From Lingula anatina (lineage: Eukaryota > Animalia > Brachiopoda), in NCBI GenBank assembly GCA_051362555.1, contig CM120648.1:16674587-16738586 (forward strand): a stretch of DNA of 64,000 nt, written 5' to 3'. The notes under the pieces are model-generated. The model saw only the letters and a program-made list of their open reading frames with translations. It ran no database searches and was not told the origin of the DNA. The translations under genes and the position numbers were made by a program. Numbering within the stretch: position 1 is the stretch's first letter; every line of letters begins with the position of its first letter. Of this stretch, positions 51,501 through 62,429 are shown piece by piece.

Positions 51501-54500
51501 ATATTAACTATGGACCTATCTCTGCCAGGTTTGGAGTTAAAAGAGAAAAAAATTTCAGTTCATGAAAGTTCAGTTCATGGTAAAAAGGAGGTCTAAGGTC
51601 AATTTCAAGGTCACAGTAAGATTGCCAGTATATGATTTCCCATTCAAGTTCAATAGAAACTATGGACCTATCTCTGCCAGTTTTGGAGATAAAAGGGAAC
51701 CAAAATTTGCAAAGTTCAATTCATGATGAAAAGTAGGTCAAAGGTCAATTTCAAGGTCACAGTAAGATTACAAGTATATGACTTCCTATTCAACTTCAAT
51801 AGTAACTATGGACCTATCTCTGCCAATTTTGGAGATAAAAGGGAAGCAAAATTTGCAAAGTTCAGTTCATGGTGAAAAGTAGGTCAAAGGTCAATTTTAA
51901 GGTCACAGTGAATTGCCAGTATATGACTTCTTATTCAACTTCAATAGCAACTATGGACCTATCTCTGCCAGGTTTGGAGTTTAAAGAGAAAGAAATTAGC
52001 AGAGTTCAGTTCATGATAATAAGTAGGTCAAATGTCAATTTCAAGGTCACACTTAGATTGCCAGTATATGACTTCCTATTCAAGTTCCATAGAAACTATG
52101 GACCTATCTCTACCAGTTTTGGAGATAAAAGGGAACCAAAATTTGCAAAGTTCAGTTCATGGTGAAAAGTAGGTCAAAGGTCAATTTTAAGGTCACATTT
52201 AGATTGCCAGTATATGACTTCCTATTCAGGTTCAATAGAAACTATGGACCTATCTCCGTCAGTTTTGGAGATAAAAGGGAAGCAAAATTTGCAAAGTTCA
52301 GTTCATGGTGAAAAGTAGGTCAAAGGTCAATTTCAAGGTCACAGTAAGATTGCCAGTATGTGACTTCTTATTCAACTTCAATAGCAACTATGGACCTATC
52401 TCTGCCGGGTTTGGAGTTAAAAGAGAAAGAAATTAGCAGAGTTCAGTTCATGATAATAAGTAGGTCAAATGTCAATTTCAAGGTCACACTTAGATTGCCA
52501 GTATATGACTTCCTATTCAAGTTCCATAGAAACTATGGACCTATCTCTACCAGTTTTGGAGATAAAAGGGAACCAAAATTTGCAAAGTTCAGTTCATGGT
52601 GAAAAGTAGGTCAAAGGTCAATTTTAAGGTCACATTTAGATTGCCAGTATATGACTTCCTATTCAGGTTCAATAGAAACTATGGACCTATCTCTGTCAGT
52701 TTTGGAGATAAAAGGGAAGCAAAATTTGCAAAGTTCAGTTCATGGTGAAAAGTAGGTCAAAGGTCAATTTCAAGGTCACAGTAAGATTGCCAGTATGTGA
52801 CTTCTTATTCAACTTCAATAGCAACTATGGACCTATCTCTGCCGGGTTTGGAGTTAAAAGAGAAAGAAATTAGCAGAGTTCAGTTCATGATAATAAGTAG
52901 GTCAAATGTCAATTTCAAGGTCACACTTAGATTGCCAGTATATGACTTCCTATTCAAGTTCAATAGTAACTATGGACCTATCTCTACCAGTTTTGGAGAT
53001 AAAAGGGAACCAAAATTTGCAAAGTTCAGTTCATGGTGAAAAGTAGGTCAAAGGTCAATTTTAAGGTCACATTTAGAATGCCAGTATATGACTTCCTTTC
53101 AAGTTCAATAGAAACTATGGACCTATCTCTGTCAGTTTTGGAGATAAAAGGAAGCAAAATTTGCAAAGTTCAGTTCATGGTGAAAAGTAGATCAAAGGTC
53201 AATTTCAAGGTCACAGTAAGATTGCCAGTATATGACTTCCTATTCAACTTCAATAGTAACTATAGACCTATCTCTGCCAGTTTTGGAGATAAAAGGGACT
53301 AAATGTTATAATTTTGGAGTTACCATAATGTGCCATAAATTTCCTACAGAAAAAATTAATTAAAATAAAGAAAAGGTCATTTTGGTCAAAATTCTTGAAA
53401 TGGGAGATGCTCTGAAGTTACAGAAGTTCAAATTTGATGAAATAATGTCATTTTTGACCACAAGTTGTCTGCTTTGCCAAGCCTTATGTTTTGTTTTTCC
53501 GGAGTTCAAAATTTATTAACCATTACCGTACTGCACATTTTGCTTTCACCACCAATATGTACTTTTTGATACAGAGTAACTCGAAAACCATATAGAATAC
53601 AAAAACAGAGACCACATTCAGTGTTGGGCTTTACATGCTCTACAAAATGCAAAAAAGAATGGGTCTCTAGCATTAACGTTCCCGAATTAGAGACAGTTTT
53701 CAGTTTCGGTATCTTATGTCAGCTACTCCCGTGAAAATGCACCGATTGACCCCAAATTCACAGAGATGAAAGATGACCCGAAGGGTAACACTTTCCAGTA
53801 ATATTATTGGTTAAGTCTGTGTAGTGTCTGAATAACAGCGCAAATAATTTTTTTTCGTAAAAAAATTTGTATTTTTGAAAATTTTGGCCCGTTTGACCTT
53901 GAAATAAGGGTCAAAGGTCAAATCCAAGGGCATATTCGAAATCTCCACATATGATTTGGAAAGCCGTCTGTAGAAATTTTTCCCATAATTCCTTCCGTAG
54001 GGTAGATAATTAGCATTTAATTTTGCCATTTTTGGACAAGGGTGCATTGCAATGAATGCCACACATAGACCACAATACCGACAAAGCCCAAATTTTACGT
54101 GGAACGAGTTGAGATTATAGGTGGCCTAAATCCAAGAGATGGGTACGGGGGCCCTTACTGTCTAGGAGGAGAAGCGGTAACGGTAACATGGCGGCGGAGC
54201 CGGCGGAACGGACCGGATGGGACTAAAACCATGTGTACCGCCAGCGCTAACGCTGGTGGTACAATAAAACCAAGGTATCAAAGAATTTTTAAAAAACACC
54301 AATAACTAAATAATGCTTTTTAACATTTCTATTTCATGAGTGTATAGAGTTCTTTGATAATTTACCTCCAGTATCACTTGGTAATGTTGTGGCAGGTGGG
54401 GTAACACTATCCTCCTGTTGAATAAAAAAACCAGTGATCAGATACTCAGAGTATTCATTTATTTACAAAATAAATATATTTCACAAAGATACATGTAATA

Positions 54501-57500
54501 TTCATGTACACAGTACAAGTTATCACTGAGGTGCACTCCCATTATATATTTACATGACTTACCTTCTCACTTGAGTCTGGCATAAACCACAGTCTGTACA
54601 CTGAATCCTCAGGTAGCCCACAGGTTGTCAGATCAGACTCCTTCGGATCTATTGCCATCAGCTCCTCTATGACCTTTGGCTTTCTCGGGTCTCCTACACA
54701 CCATTCTATTCGCAAATTTGGGCAGATGGTCTGCTTAACGTGCTGAATTTGCATCAAAACATGGTTCTTCCACTTAGCATATGCCCCTCGGATTGTTTTG
54801 TCAAACTTTGTCTCTGAGGGATATAAGGGAATCAGTTCAATGCAAGAGGATTTTGTTGACTTTCTCAAAGCACAACGCGCTCCTCTGCGTGGATCGATTG
54901 CATATACAGCATAATCATAGTACAGCTCATTTTTAATGAGGAAAAAGTCACCTCTTCTTCTTAAACCTTTCCTTCCTGTAGAAGTGTCATTTTGGACTAA
55001 CTTCACTGTAAGACGGTTGAAAAGCACATGTGGCATAAAGTTCTCTTTCCCTTGTATGAATAGTGTTCCTTCACTGCCAACCCCAGATTCTGGATTCTTG
55101 CATACCTGAAGTAAGCTGGGCACATAGAACTGTCGAGAAGTAGGCTTTTCTGTTGTACCTGGCTTGACATCCTGTTGCAAAAGAATGTTGAATTGTACCA
55201 TAACACCGATTACAATGGACTTCAACTCACTATCATCTCCCCATAGCTCATCCAGAAGTCTTTCATCTAAGATGCCCCTCTTTAATGCAGACCAATAAGG
55301 AGTCCCTTTGGCTTTGACATGGTGTTTATCAACTGCTATAATAGACCTGAATGCATCTATCAGCCATGTTGGATTCAAAATGACAGTGTCTGAGAGATCA
55401 TCAGTCTGAAAGTGCATAAGATCTCCAATGTCATGATGGAACTGGAGGAATGACTGCAGCTCAATGGCATCCTGCATTCCAACTTTAAGAGCTAAATTTT
55501 GCAGCTCCTCATACCTTATCCACCTTTTTTCTCGTTTCTTGGGTGCTTGTCGCAGCTGAAGATCTTCTTCTAATCTAATCCATCTTATTGGATTCTTCTC
55601 TCCCCAAGATTTTTGGCTTTCAGCAATTTTCATAACATATCGACGGAGATCAGATATTTCTTGATCTTCATCTTGACATGTGTTGTCAATTGCAAAGAAA
55701 TGAGGATCAACATGCACACCACTTCTCTTCTGTTGTATATACTGCCGCAATTTAGCAAAGTACGCATTTATTTCTTCTTCATGCTGTAAGAGAATCGCAG
55801 AATGTTTCAACACACTGCAAGCTTCAATGACATATTTTATGTCATAATTTTTTTAAAAAACAAACAGTTTAATTTAATTCATTAATTTATTATTATTTTC
55901 ATTATTTTTATTTCATTACTTTTTTTTTGTTTGTTTCAGTACTAATGCCTACAACAGTTTAATATTTATTGTTTGTTTCTTACTTCTTTTTTTTTTGTTT
56001 GTTTGTTTCAGTACTAATGCCTACAACAGTTTAATATTTATTCTTTCTTTCTTACTTCTCTTTTTTTTTCGTTTTGTTTTAGCAATTATGCCTACCTTTT
56101 CTTTGGGAACATTTTCCAGGTATTTGTCTTTATGCGTGCAAGCAATGATTATTCGGGGGGACAATACCCCATCTTCACTCATGTTTTGCTGTTGCGCATA
56201 AGTATGAATTATGTCTATCCAATAATAAGTAAAGTCTGGAAATATATCAGACACATTTCAAAATATATTTTACTGTTTGATCTGTTTGAGTACAGAAAGC
56301 TGACATTAAAAGGATGAATTACAAGTATTCTAAGGATAAAATAGTAGACATTTACTATCAATAGCACTTTCTTCCCAAGCAAGCCCTGAAAATGCTACAT
56401 GAAAACAACAGTTATATAAATAGATAAACAAGATCAAATTTTACTGAGGCATATATTAATTCTGATCCAACCAGATTCAATTTCAGATCGTTATGGTCAG
56501 CTCTTTTCAACTACAATTGACATTTCATACTGTACATGTTAGCTGGTATATAAAACAATTAGCAGTAAAATGGTTTTATGAACCCTTTCCATTCAAACAC
56601 TAGTACAACCTGTGTTAGAAATTAAGGCTGGACTGTCTGGCCGGGCTGATAACTTTCAGAATGGGCTTAAAAGTTTCCCCATCGCTACTTTTTAAGATGG
56701 CTGAACTTTTGGTCCAGCAACTAATTTTCCTAAGAGGCAAACACTGAGTACAACTGGTTGTAAATTATAAACTAAATGATAAACAATTGTGAGCTGGTGG
56801 ATTCCTTACCAAGAATAGTTCCTGAGAAGTGTTCAGCACCATGCCATTGGTCATCAAGCCTGTCTGTTAAAGCAAGGCTCATATCAATGGCAAGAATATA
56901 AATAGCTCTGGAAGAAAGGAATGTGTGGTGGGTGTTGTAATACACACTTTGCCCTCCAAAATCCCAGACTGCTAGACGAGCAGGTGGATTTTCAATGTCG
57001 TATGAGCTTTCTGTCAAATGTGTTAAGACATCAGGCGGGAGCTCCATACTCTCCTCTGTTTTTAAATAGGACAAAGCCTCCTTGGAACTAATAGGGCTGG
57101 GCTGATGTTCTAAAAATATAATTATTTCAGTATTAAAAAGAATAAAGACAATTCCAATCACTTAGTTGTATGAACTACAATACAGTGATGGCTGGATCAT
57201 TTTTACAGAGAAACAATTTTGAAATTTAAAAAAACTGATACAAGGTCACCAGAGAGTCAATTATGCAAAGTATTTAACAGTGTCAACTAAGAGAATTTAG
57301 TCTACCTCTCCAATTTTATAGCAAAATCATTCTCCTAGGTAACTCTTAGCGTGTTCCTTGAAAAATGTCCCACTGTTGTTAGAAGTGAATCGGCAGTGGG
57401 ACTGAACATGGCGCATGGTCAAGGTCACAATTCTATATCAGTTTAACCTTGTTATTTACTTATCTGTTAGTTTATATATGTGAAGTTCTCCCTTCCTTGT

Positions 57501-60500
57501 AAATTCATAGTGTAACTTATGATTGTAGCCATATGCTTCACAGTTTGCGTCTATGATAAATCTATAATCACACTACGAAGTTAAATATCACTGCCTAGCT
57601 TGAATATTTTATTAGTAACTAAATTGGTACATCTGTTCATTATATAAAGATAAATATATGTTCATTCACAAACTGGCAATCAAATTACCAATTCAAGAAT
57701 GGTAATGCACCAATTGTATTGTTTTTATTATATTACATTGTACGGTACAAGCTAGGTCATGACTATTTATGTACCAGTTCAGAATTAAATTGAATTGAAC
57801 TGTTCAATATTAACTATGGCCCTATCTCTGCCAGTTTTGGAAATATAAGGGATAGAAATATTGCAAAGTTCAGTTCATGGTGAAAGTAGATCAAAGGTCA
57901 ATTTCAAGGTCACAGTTCAATTGCAAGTATATGACTTCCTATTCAACTTCGATAGTAACTATAGAGCTACCTCTGCCAGTTTTGTAGTTTTAGTAATGTG
58001 CCATAAATTTTGTATAGAAGAAATTAATTGAAATAAAATAGGTCATTTTGGTTGATATTCATGAAACGGGAGGTCCTCAGAAATTCCAGAAATAATGTCT
58101 TTTTTGACCAGAATCTTTTCCAGACTGCACATATTACATTTTATATTTTCAACACCACAATGTACTTTTTGAAACAGCATAACTTGTATACCGCATGGAA
58201 AACAAAAAACTTCTGGACAAGCTCCAGCGAATGCAAAAAAAAAAAAAAACAAGAGGTCTCTAGCATTAACGGTTCCAGAATTAGACAGAGTTTTCTGTTT
58301 TGGCATCATATGTCCGCTGCTTCTGTGAAAATGCAAAGATTGACCCCAAACTCATGGAGATGAAAGCTGACCTGAAGGATAACACCTGCCAATAACATTA
58401 CGGATATGTTGGGTCTATGTAGTTTCTGAAATCGGCACACATTTTTTTTTTTTCATAAAGAAAATTTTGGCCTGTTTCACTTTGAAATAACGATCAGAAT
58501 TCAAATGATCAGCCATCTATATAAATTTTTCCTATAATTCCTCTAGTTTGGGTGCATTGGGACAAGCGCTACACCTGGACCCAAGTACCAACAAAGCCCA
58601 AAATTTACATGGATTGAGCTGAAATTATGTGTGACCTACATACAAGAGATAGATACAGAGACTCTTGTAGTTTAGGAGGAGAAGTGGTAACAGTGACATG
58701 TCAGTGGAGCCAGAGGACAATACCAGTCGGGAATAAAACCATGTTTACCACCAGAGACGCGCTGGTGGTACAATAACTGAAAATTCTAATGTAGCATTCT
58801 GGAGCTTTTACTGTATGCAATAGAACTATTAGGGTGCCTGTCTTTCAATTGTTTTGTTACCACTCAATAGGAATGTCCTAATTTTAAAAATAGAGTATCT
58901 GCCAAATGAACAAATCTCCCTTTTGGAATGATGAAGCCTTCACCTAATGCTATAACATACTTTGCTAAAATGGATTAGACACATTAAGAATAAAACATTT
59001 TATTTGTCTTAATTGTAAAATGGCAGACAAGGGCATTTTAACAAAATTTGTAGTGATGATAGATACCCAGTAGAAAACTGTATGGTAATATATCTTGTCT
59101 TATTGTCATACTACTTTTGATTTAGGGGAAATAGACTACCTGCCTTACTGTGCATAATGATCTGTCATTACATATTGATGGCAGTTTATTATGGGTTAAG
59201 ATAATTGCAACAAATTTCTAAAATGTTGAAAACCCTACTGTACCCCTTTCCTTGTCCTGTGATGCCGAAATTTGTCCACCTGTTGACAAAGTGTTCTCAT
59301 CTTCAAGTCTTGGGCCAACTTGCAATAAAAAAGAAATAAACATCTTAAAGAAAGCAAAAACATATAAAATAAAATACCACATGCTTGGGCCTCTTACTTC
59401 AATTCTTGTGCAGTGTCACAGTGTGTGTATTCTTTTACGTATACAAAAAATTAAAGAAAGTACAACTATTCAAAACTGAACCAATCAAGCTCACTTCAAA
59501 CTTGATCTGCATATTTGTCCCATGAATCAGTCATTTAAGTTTTAAAACAAATTATGACACAATTTTCATGTTATCTGTTTAATGGTGGATAAAATATGCA
59601 GCAAGCAAAAAACTGCATTACTTAAAATTTTGTAAAAAATGGTCTGATCAAGCCAATCTTTGAACTTGATCTGTTTCAAGAGAATGTGTCCTTAATTTTT
59701 TATTTAAAGTGTAATCAGTGCCACATATATGCTGAAAACAAAGCAAAAAATAAAAAAAAAATAAAAATAAAAAAAAAAAGGCATACATTTTGAAAAATGC
59801 TGATTTTCAAACTCAGTTCAGTAAGTTTGAAGACAAAATGCTTCTGCACTTATCATGTTATCACTAAAAGTGCACGGCAATGGTGACGGCAATGGCAGAT
59901 ACGGAAGACAACTATTTGTATAGACACCTGTGTGCCTGTACATAAAATATCAGTATTTTTATTACAATCAATAGGCATTTCAATCCGTCACTGCCAATTT
60001 ACTAAAGTTGTATTGGGGTGTGATCGATAAATAACAAAATATAAATTAGATAGAAACATTATCCACAAACCAAAGTTTTAAATTGGCATCCTGACACAAA
60101 GAGAACATCACAACAAAGGTTCTTATACAGAGCACTTCAAGACAACATTATTGGTCAATCTAAAATTTTTACCTAGCCTATGTTTCATTATTATATCTAG
60201 AAAGAAAGCTTAAAAGTGATTGAACCCTTATAAACATATGGTTTGATTAATCAAATTATCCCTTATTTTTCCTTTCTTATTTGTTTCCCTTGTGTTTATC
60301 ACATATATAGGAACTACTGACATAAGCTAACTCATGTTCCTGCAAGTTTTATATCACTACATCTCTATATTTTGAGTATCACAGTACTTACATTTCTCCA
60401 CTTTCTCTGATGTTGGTACATTAGTTGCCTGCACAACTTGACCCAAGGGTTGTAACTCTACAGTAATTAATTCAAAAATTCAAAATAATCAAATGTTCAT

Positions 60501-61224
60501 TAAAATTATTCTAAGAATATGCTTATAATATATTTATAATATTATCTTAAGTTTTTTATGATTAATTATTTTCTCGTTTCATATTAGAAAATGTTTCTGC
60601 AGTTAAATCTCTCGACACTTTTACATATACTGTAAACATGTTCTAGTTCTAGTAGTTAGTTGTACACACACAGGAATTACCTGCATGACTTGCCCGGATT
60701 TCCTCATGTATCTTTCTGGTGTTAACAGCAAGCAAACGTGATATTGCTGGCCCATGACACTCTATAAATTAAAATAATAATTTTATTATTTGTCATGAAA
60801 TACAAAGAGACTGAGGTGATCTAGTTGCTGTTAATAAATAATAAACAAGGAGGAATTAAAAGAATTGTCCTTGCAGATTAATAAATATTCAAGTCGTATA
60901 TCAAGAATTGAAATATATGAAGTAAATGAATTTCAATATTGAAACACTTTTTAATTCTTGTACAGTTATTCTTACCGGCTTCATCTGAATTCCAACCCTC
61001 CTTTACAAGAACATAGTCAGTTTCTATACCATTAGTGATTGGATCATTATCTTCATCATATTCCTTTCCGAGTAGCCGTTTTCTCAGGCGTGTTTTACCT
61101 GCACCGTAATGGCCCAGTAGCATCACCCTTGCCCTCTTCACTCTTTCAAAGCCATCCTTACATGCTCGTTGATATGCTTCTTGCAGTAGTGGGTCTTGTC
61201 TATTGATTTCCTCTGAAAACTGAC
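36210..61224 (-). CDS. Multi-exon ROCO-family gene: Roc GTPase-COR-ZU5-UPA-death-like domain-CARD (5' end not identified)
   Basis: 13 GT-AG exons with consistent phases: 61224-60976, 60761-60681, 60457-60392, 59318-59244, 57109-56810, 56235-56096, 55783-54563, 54414-54366, 50778-50150, 39934-39749, 37867-37673, 37464-36826, 36593-36210. Total 4214 nt, ~1,400 codons, no internal stop. Confidence 0.82.
36826..37464 (-). CDS. ROCO gene exon: Q/P-rich linker plus UNC5/MyD88-like death domain
   Basis: [46 protein letters not shown] resembles the death-domain pattern; phase 0-0 exon. Confidence 0.65.
37673..37867 (-). CDS. ROCO gene exon: C-terminal part of the UPA domain
   Basis: Beta-rich [18 protein letters not shown]; AG/GT boundaries, phase 0-0. 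Confidence 0.7.
38030..38717 (+). mobile_element. PIF/Harbinger non-autonomous element (MITE) with a CAG TSD, intronic
   Basis: TIR GGGCCGGTTTCACAAAGCAGTAGTTAGTTAG / CTAACTAACTACTGCTTTGTGAAACCGGCCC; CAG on both sides; remnant transposase start MAATFLAIR... Confidence 0.88.
39749..39934 (-). CDS. ROCO gene exon: middle part of the UPA domain
   Basis: [35 protein letters not shown]; AG/GT boundaries, phase 0-0; bridges the ZU5 and UPA exons in frame. Confidence 0.65.
40145..41745. repeat. 146-bp satellite array (~11 copies) inside family A, copy 1
   Basis: The AGGTCAAAGGTCAATTTCAAGGTCAC motif recurs every 146 bp (e.g. 40288, 40434). Confidence 0.93.
41748..41947. mobile_element. 200-bp palindromic MITE
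   Basis: ~90-bp inverted arms CAGGCGGCTCAGTCCAA... / ...TTGGACTGAGCCACCTG; no clear TSD. Confidence 0.75.
42684..45803 (-). CDS. pol: Intact pol (protease, RT, RNase H, integrase) expressed by -1 frameshift
   Basis: [76 protein letters not shown] slippery site at 45803..45797. Confidence 0.95.
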   Translation of the reverse strand, partial: GKRQSQQKLVSTAGISDAPQISMINMGTITVSDIVTGRTFLVDTGAEESVFPANRFDRQRTSGPSLIAANGTKIPTYGKRKMILKLGKGTKFTQEFWVADVTQPILGADFFTTHRLAIDLSNRKLISLDGKTVIHAHLTRSQQQVIHKVHTRYEAVLEHYPELLVSSFKENKHGVEHHIPTVGSPVKARVRRLDQEKLTAAKMEFKEMENLGIVRRSSSPWSSPLHIVKKNNGGWRPCGDYRRLNDITIDDRYPLPHIQDLNSSLNGKTIFSKIDLIQGYHQIPVAKHDIPKTAVITPFGLYEFLKMPFGLKNAAQAFQRLMDGILQELDCCFVYLDDILIASSTPEQHEEDLKAVFNLLRTNGLVINKKKCVFGQSEVEFLGHSVSAAGVQPLAEKVKAVADFPPPKDKKGLQRFLGMLNFYHRFLPGIAHRIIPLTEATKGRAKTLQWTPECQLAFQDAKMALASATMLHHPEPQAATKISVDASDTAIGAELSQFQSGMWKPIAFFSRKLTPTQKRYSTFDRELLAIYSTIRHFRYFLEGRPFIIFTDHKPLTFAFKSTSDRSPRQERQLSFIAEFTTDIRHISGADNIVPDTLSRAPVETDEPLIASTSTMPTIDLTQLAVSQKTDTKMIELCTNPGSLKFKEVNFGEVKLLCDTTTSRPRPVVPPSMTKIVFEAIHNLCHPGTKPTIRAISSRYVWPGLKKDIRNWVKSCHACQTSKIGRHTRAPLTTFDLPDRRFGDIHVDLVGPLPPSENNKYLLTIVDRFTRWPEAVPLPNAEAVTCAKALLCSWISRFGVPDSITSDQGRQFTSELWRELNKVLGIQPNTTTAYHPQSNGMVERFHRRLKEALKTRLDNARWMDQLPIVLLGIRSTWKEDIDASPALLTYGTNLRVPGDFIPSTTDDKFFPNNEFVQELQQTMQKLAPAPPSRHRQICTYVPVDLQQAEHVYVRHDAHRGTLIRPYDGPYLVISRSDKYFDILRNGQTIRVSVDRLKPAYSNPVSVHNQTVNPQTKPETCLSPSLIKTRSGRIIKKPERF
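45776..46318 (-). CDS. gag: gag (180 aa, CHCC motif; probably carries an in-frame internal deletion)
   Basis: [46 protein letters not shown]. Confidence 0.85.
   Translation of the reverse strand: MDSDGIKQLADAIRQQTLDIYQGSTVQTISAVSFKAPPFWNTNASAWFLRLESSFATHQPAITNDLTKFHHVVQLLDSSTSRRVQSVIERPPQTGKYEALKHALLEAYEATQYQKDTTITDTEINAMKSQHQRTGTIKFKLCKYHSWFGHKARKCEQIIDGCPCPMSTRRQQGNDKASRN
46322..46338 (-). promoter_or_regulatory. Primer-binding site, tRNA-Trp
   Basis: TGGTGACCCCGACGTGA next to the 5' LTR; complementary to the tRNA-Trp 3' end. Confidence 0.9.
50150..50778 (-). CDS. ROCO gene exon: ZU5 domain and start of UPA
   Basis: [48 protein letters not shown] is a canonical UNC5-type ZU5; [20 protein letters not shown] is the UPA start. 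Confidence 0.9.
51219..54265 (+). mobile_element. Helentron/HINE-like family A, copy 2, with a 146-bp array (~51415..53300)
   Basis: Same 5' end and 3' hairpin as copy 1; ~13 monomers. Confidence 0.85.
54563..55783 (-). CDS. ROCO gene exon: end of Roc and COR domain
   Basis: FFAIDN (G5), [59 protein letters not shown]. Confidence 0.92.
56096..56235 (-). CDS. ROCO gene exon: Roc G4 motif
   Basis: [24 protein letters not shown]; AG/GT boundaries, phase 1-0. Confidence 0.88.
56810..57109 (-). CDS. ROCO gene exon: Roc G3 motif
   Basis: [31 protein letters not shown]. Confidence 0.92.
57810..58775 (+). mobile_element. Older, degenerate family-A HINE-like copy
   Basis: One diverged 146-bp monomer, the shared 3' body and the hairpin TACCACCAG..CTGGTGGTAC. 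Confidence 0.7.
59244..60761 (-). CDS. Three small phase 1-1 ROCO exons (60761-60681, 60457-60392, 59318-59244) encoding an insertion in the Roc domain
   Basis: Each has AG/GT boundaries, a length divisible by 3 (81, 66, 75 nt) and an open frame continuous with the flanking Roc exons. Confidence 0.6.
59460..59945 (+). mobile_element. Degenerate family-B-related HINE fragment
   Basis: AAACTTGATCTG sub-repeats, AAAGTGCACGGCAATGGTGACGGCAA and a 3' hairpin TGTATAGACAC..GTGCCTGTACA. Confidence 0.55.
60976..61224 (-). CDS. ROCO gene exon: Roc P-loop (G1) and G2
   Basis: [39 protein letters not shown]. Confidence 0.9.
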
Positions 61225-62429
61225 CTGAAACATTAAACTGTATTTTTAGTCATAGTTTTGCTACAAAACTCAACCAAACAACAATTTATTGTTTCAAATA
61301 CAAAGTGGATATTTAAAATGGAATATTTCAGATCCACAAAAAATCTATATATATATAAATAAATAAATAAACAAATAAGAAAAAGATAAAGATGGTGTGA
61401 AAATGATTAAAAATGTTTAACAAGAAATGCAGTACTAGTACGCAGCCATACATCTGTCATTCCAATAGCTGGTTCCAAGTTGAACTTCCTTTGTCCCCAA
61501 ATCTCTAAAATAATTTATTTTCTATTTTAGTTTTAAATGGTAGTTATCAGTGGCATACACATCTGTAATGTATCATTACTGGTATCTGGCAGGACACCTG
61601 CACTGTGCAGAAGTTGTAAATTGTACTGTTATTGCACAATAACATCCTCAAATTAACAACACAGAATAACAATTCTAATGATATGACTAAATGGAAAAGA
61701 AAACAGAATTTCAGCAGATGAATCACAGGGACAGTAACTTTTAAAAACCATCAGATGTAAAAATTGTAGCTAGTAGATGATGTGCTGCAGCAGTGTAAGA
61801 GATTTTGTTTACTAGTTAAAAAAAAACATTGTGACAGCCTTGATATATATGTGAAGCATAATGATAATACTAAGAAATGGGAATCAACATTTTAGAATGT
61901 TTTTCTCATGATTAAATAAAAAGATAAAATAAAAAATAAGTTCTATTGAAAACATCATTTCAACAAGTTTTTCATATAGCAAGAGATATTTGGTGCAGTT
62001 GTATCAGTTTTGTAGGCGACATTGATGTTTGTTTAATTTAGACTTGAAATGGCAATCAGCATACATATACATTGTACAATGCTAAATATCTGCTTGGCAC
62101 AAACATTTGTTGAAATGGTTTAATAACAAGTTTATTTTTGTTTTCATTTGATGGTGTTTGCATCATAACATGGTGAAATGTATCATGATACATGTATTAT
62201 GTATCACTATTATGATTATTACATGAAGTTTTTTTCTTTAGTTAATAACTTATCAACCTACAAATACATATGCCATTGTACTGAATCTGCCTGACTTATA
62301 GACTGTTCAGAATAAATTTTATCAACACCCATTTTTTTTTTAATTTGGAGCAGACCAAGTACATTTGGAGCAGGGCAAGTAGATGTACAGACATATTGTA
62401 CTTGCCTGATGGGCAGGTGTCTCATTCTC

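Noticed and set aside
51869-53302. Repeated 80-98-aa ORFs
   Set aside because: These are translations of the 146-bp satellite; the monomer length is not a multiple of 3.
61452-61504. Candidate additional upstream ROCO exon (DLGTKEVQLGTSYWNDR)
   Set aside because: It has AG/GT ends and a compatible phase but is short, with no motif support; left out of the model pending RNA data.
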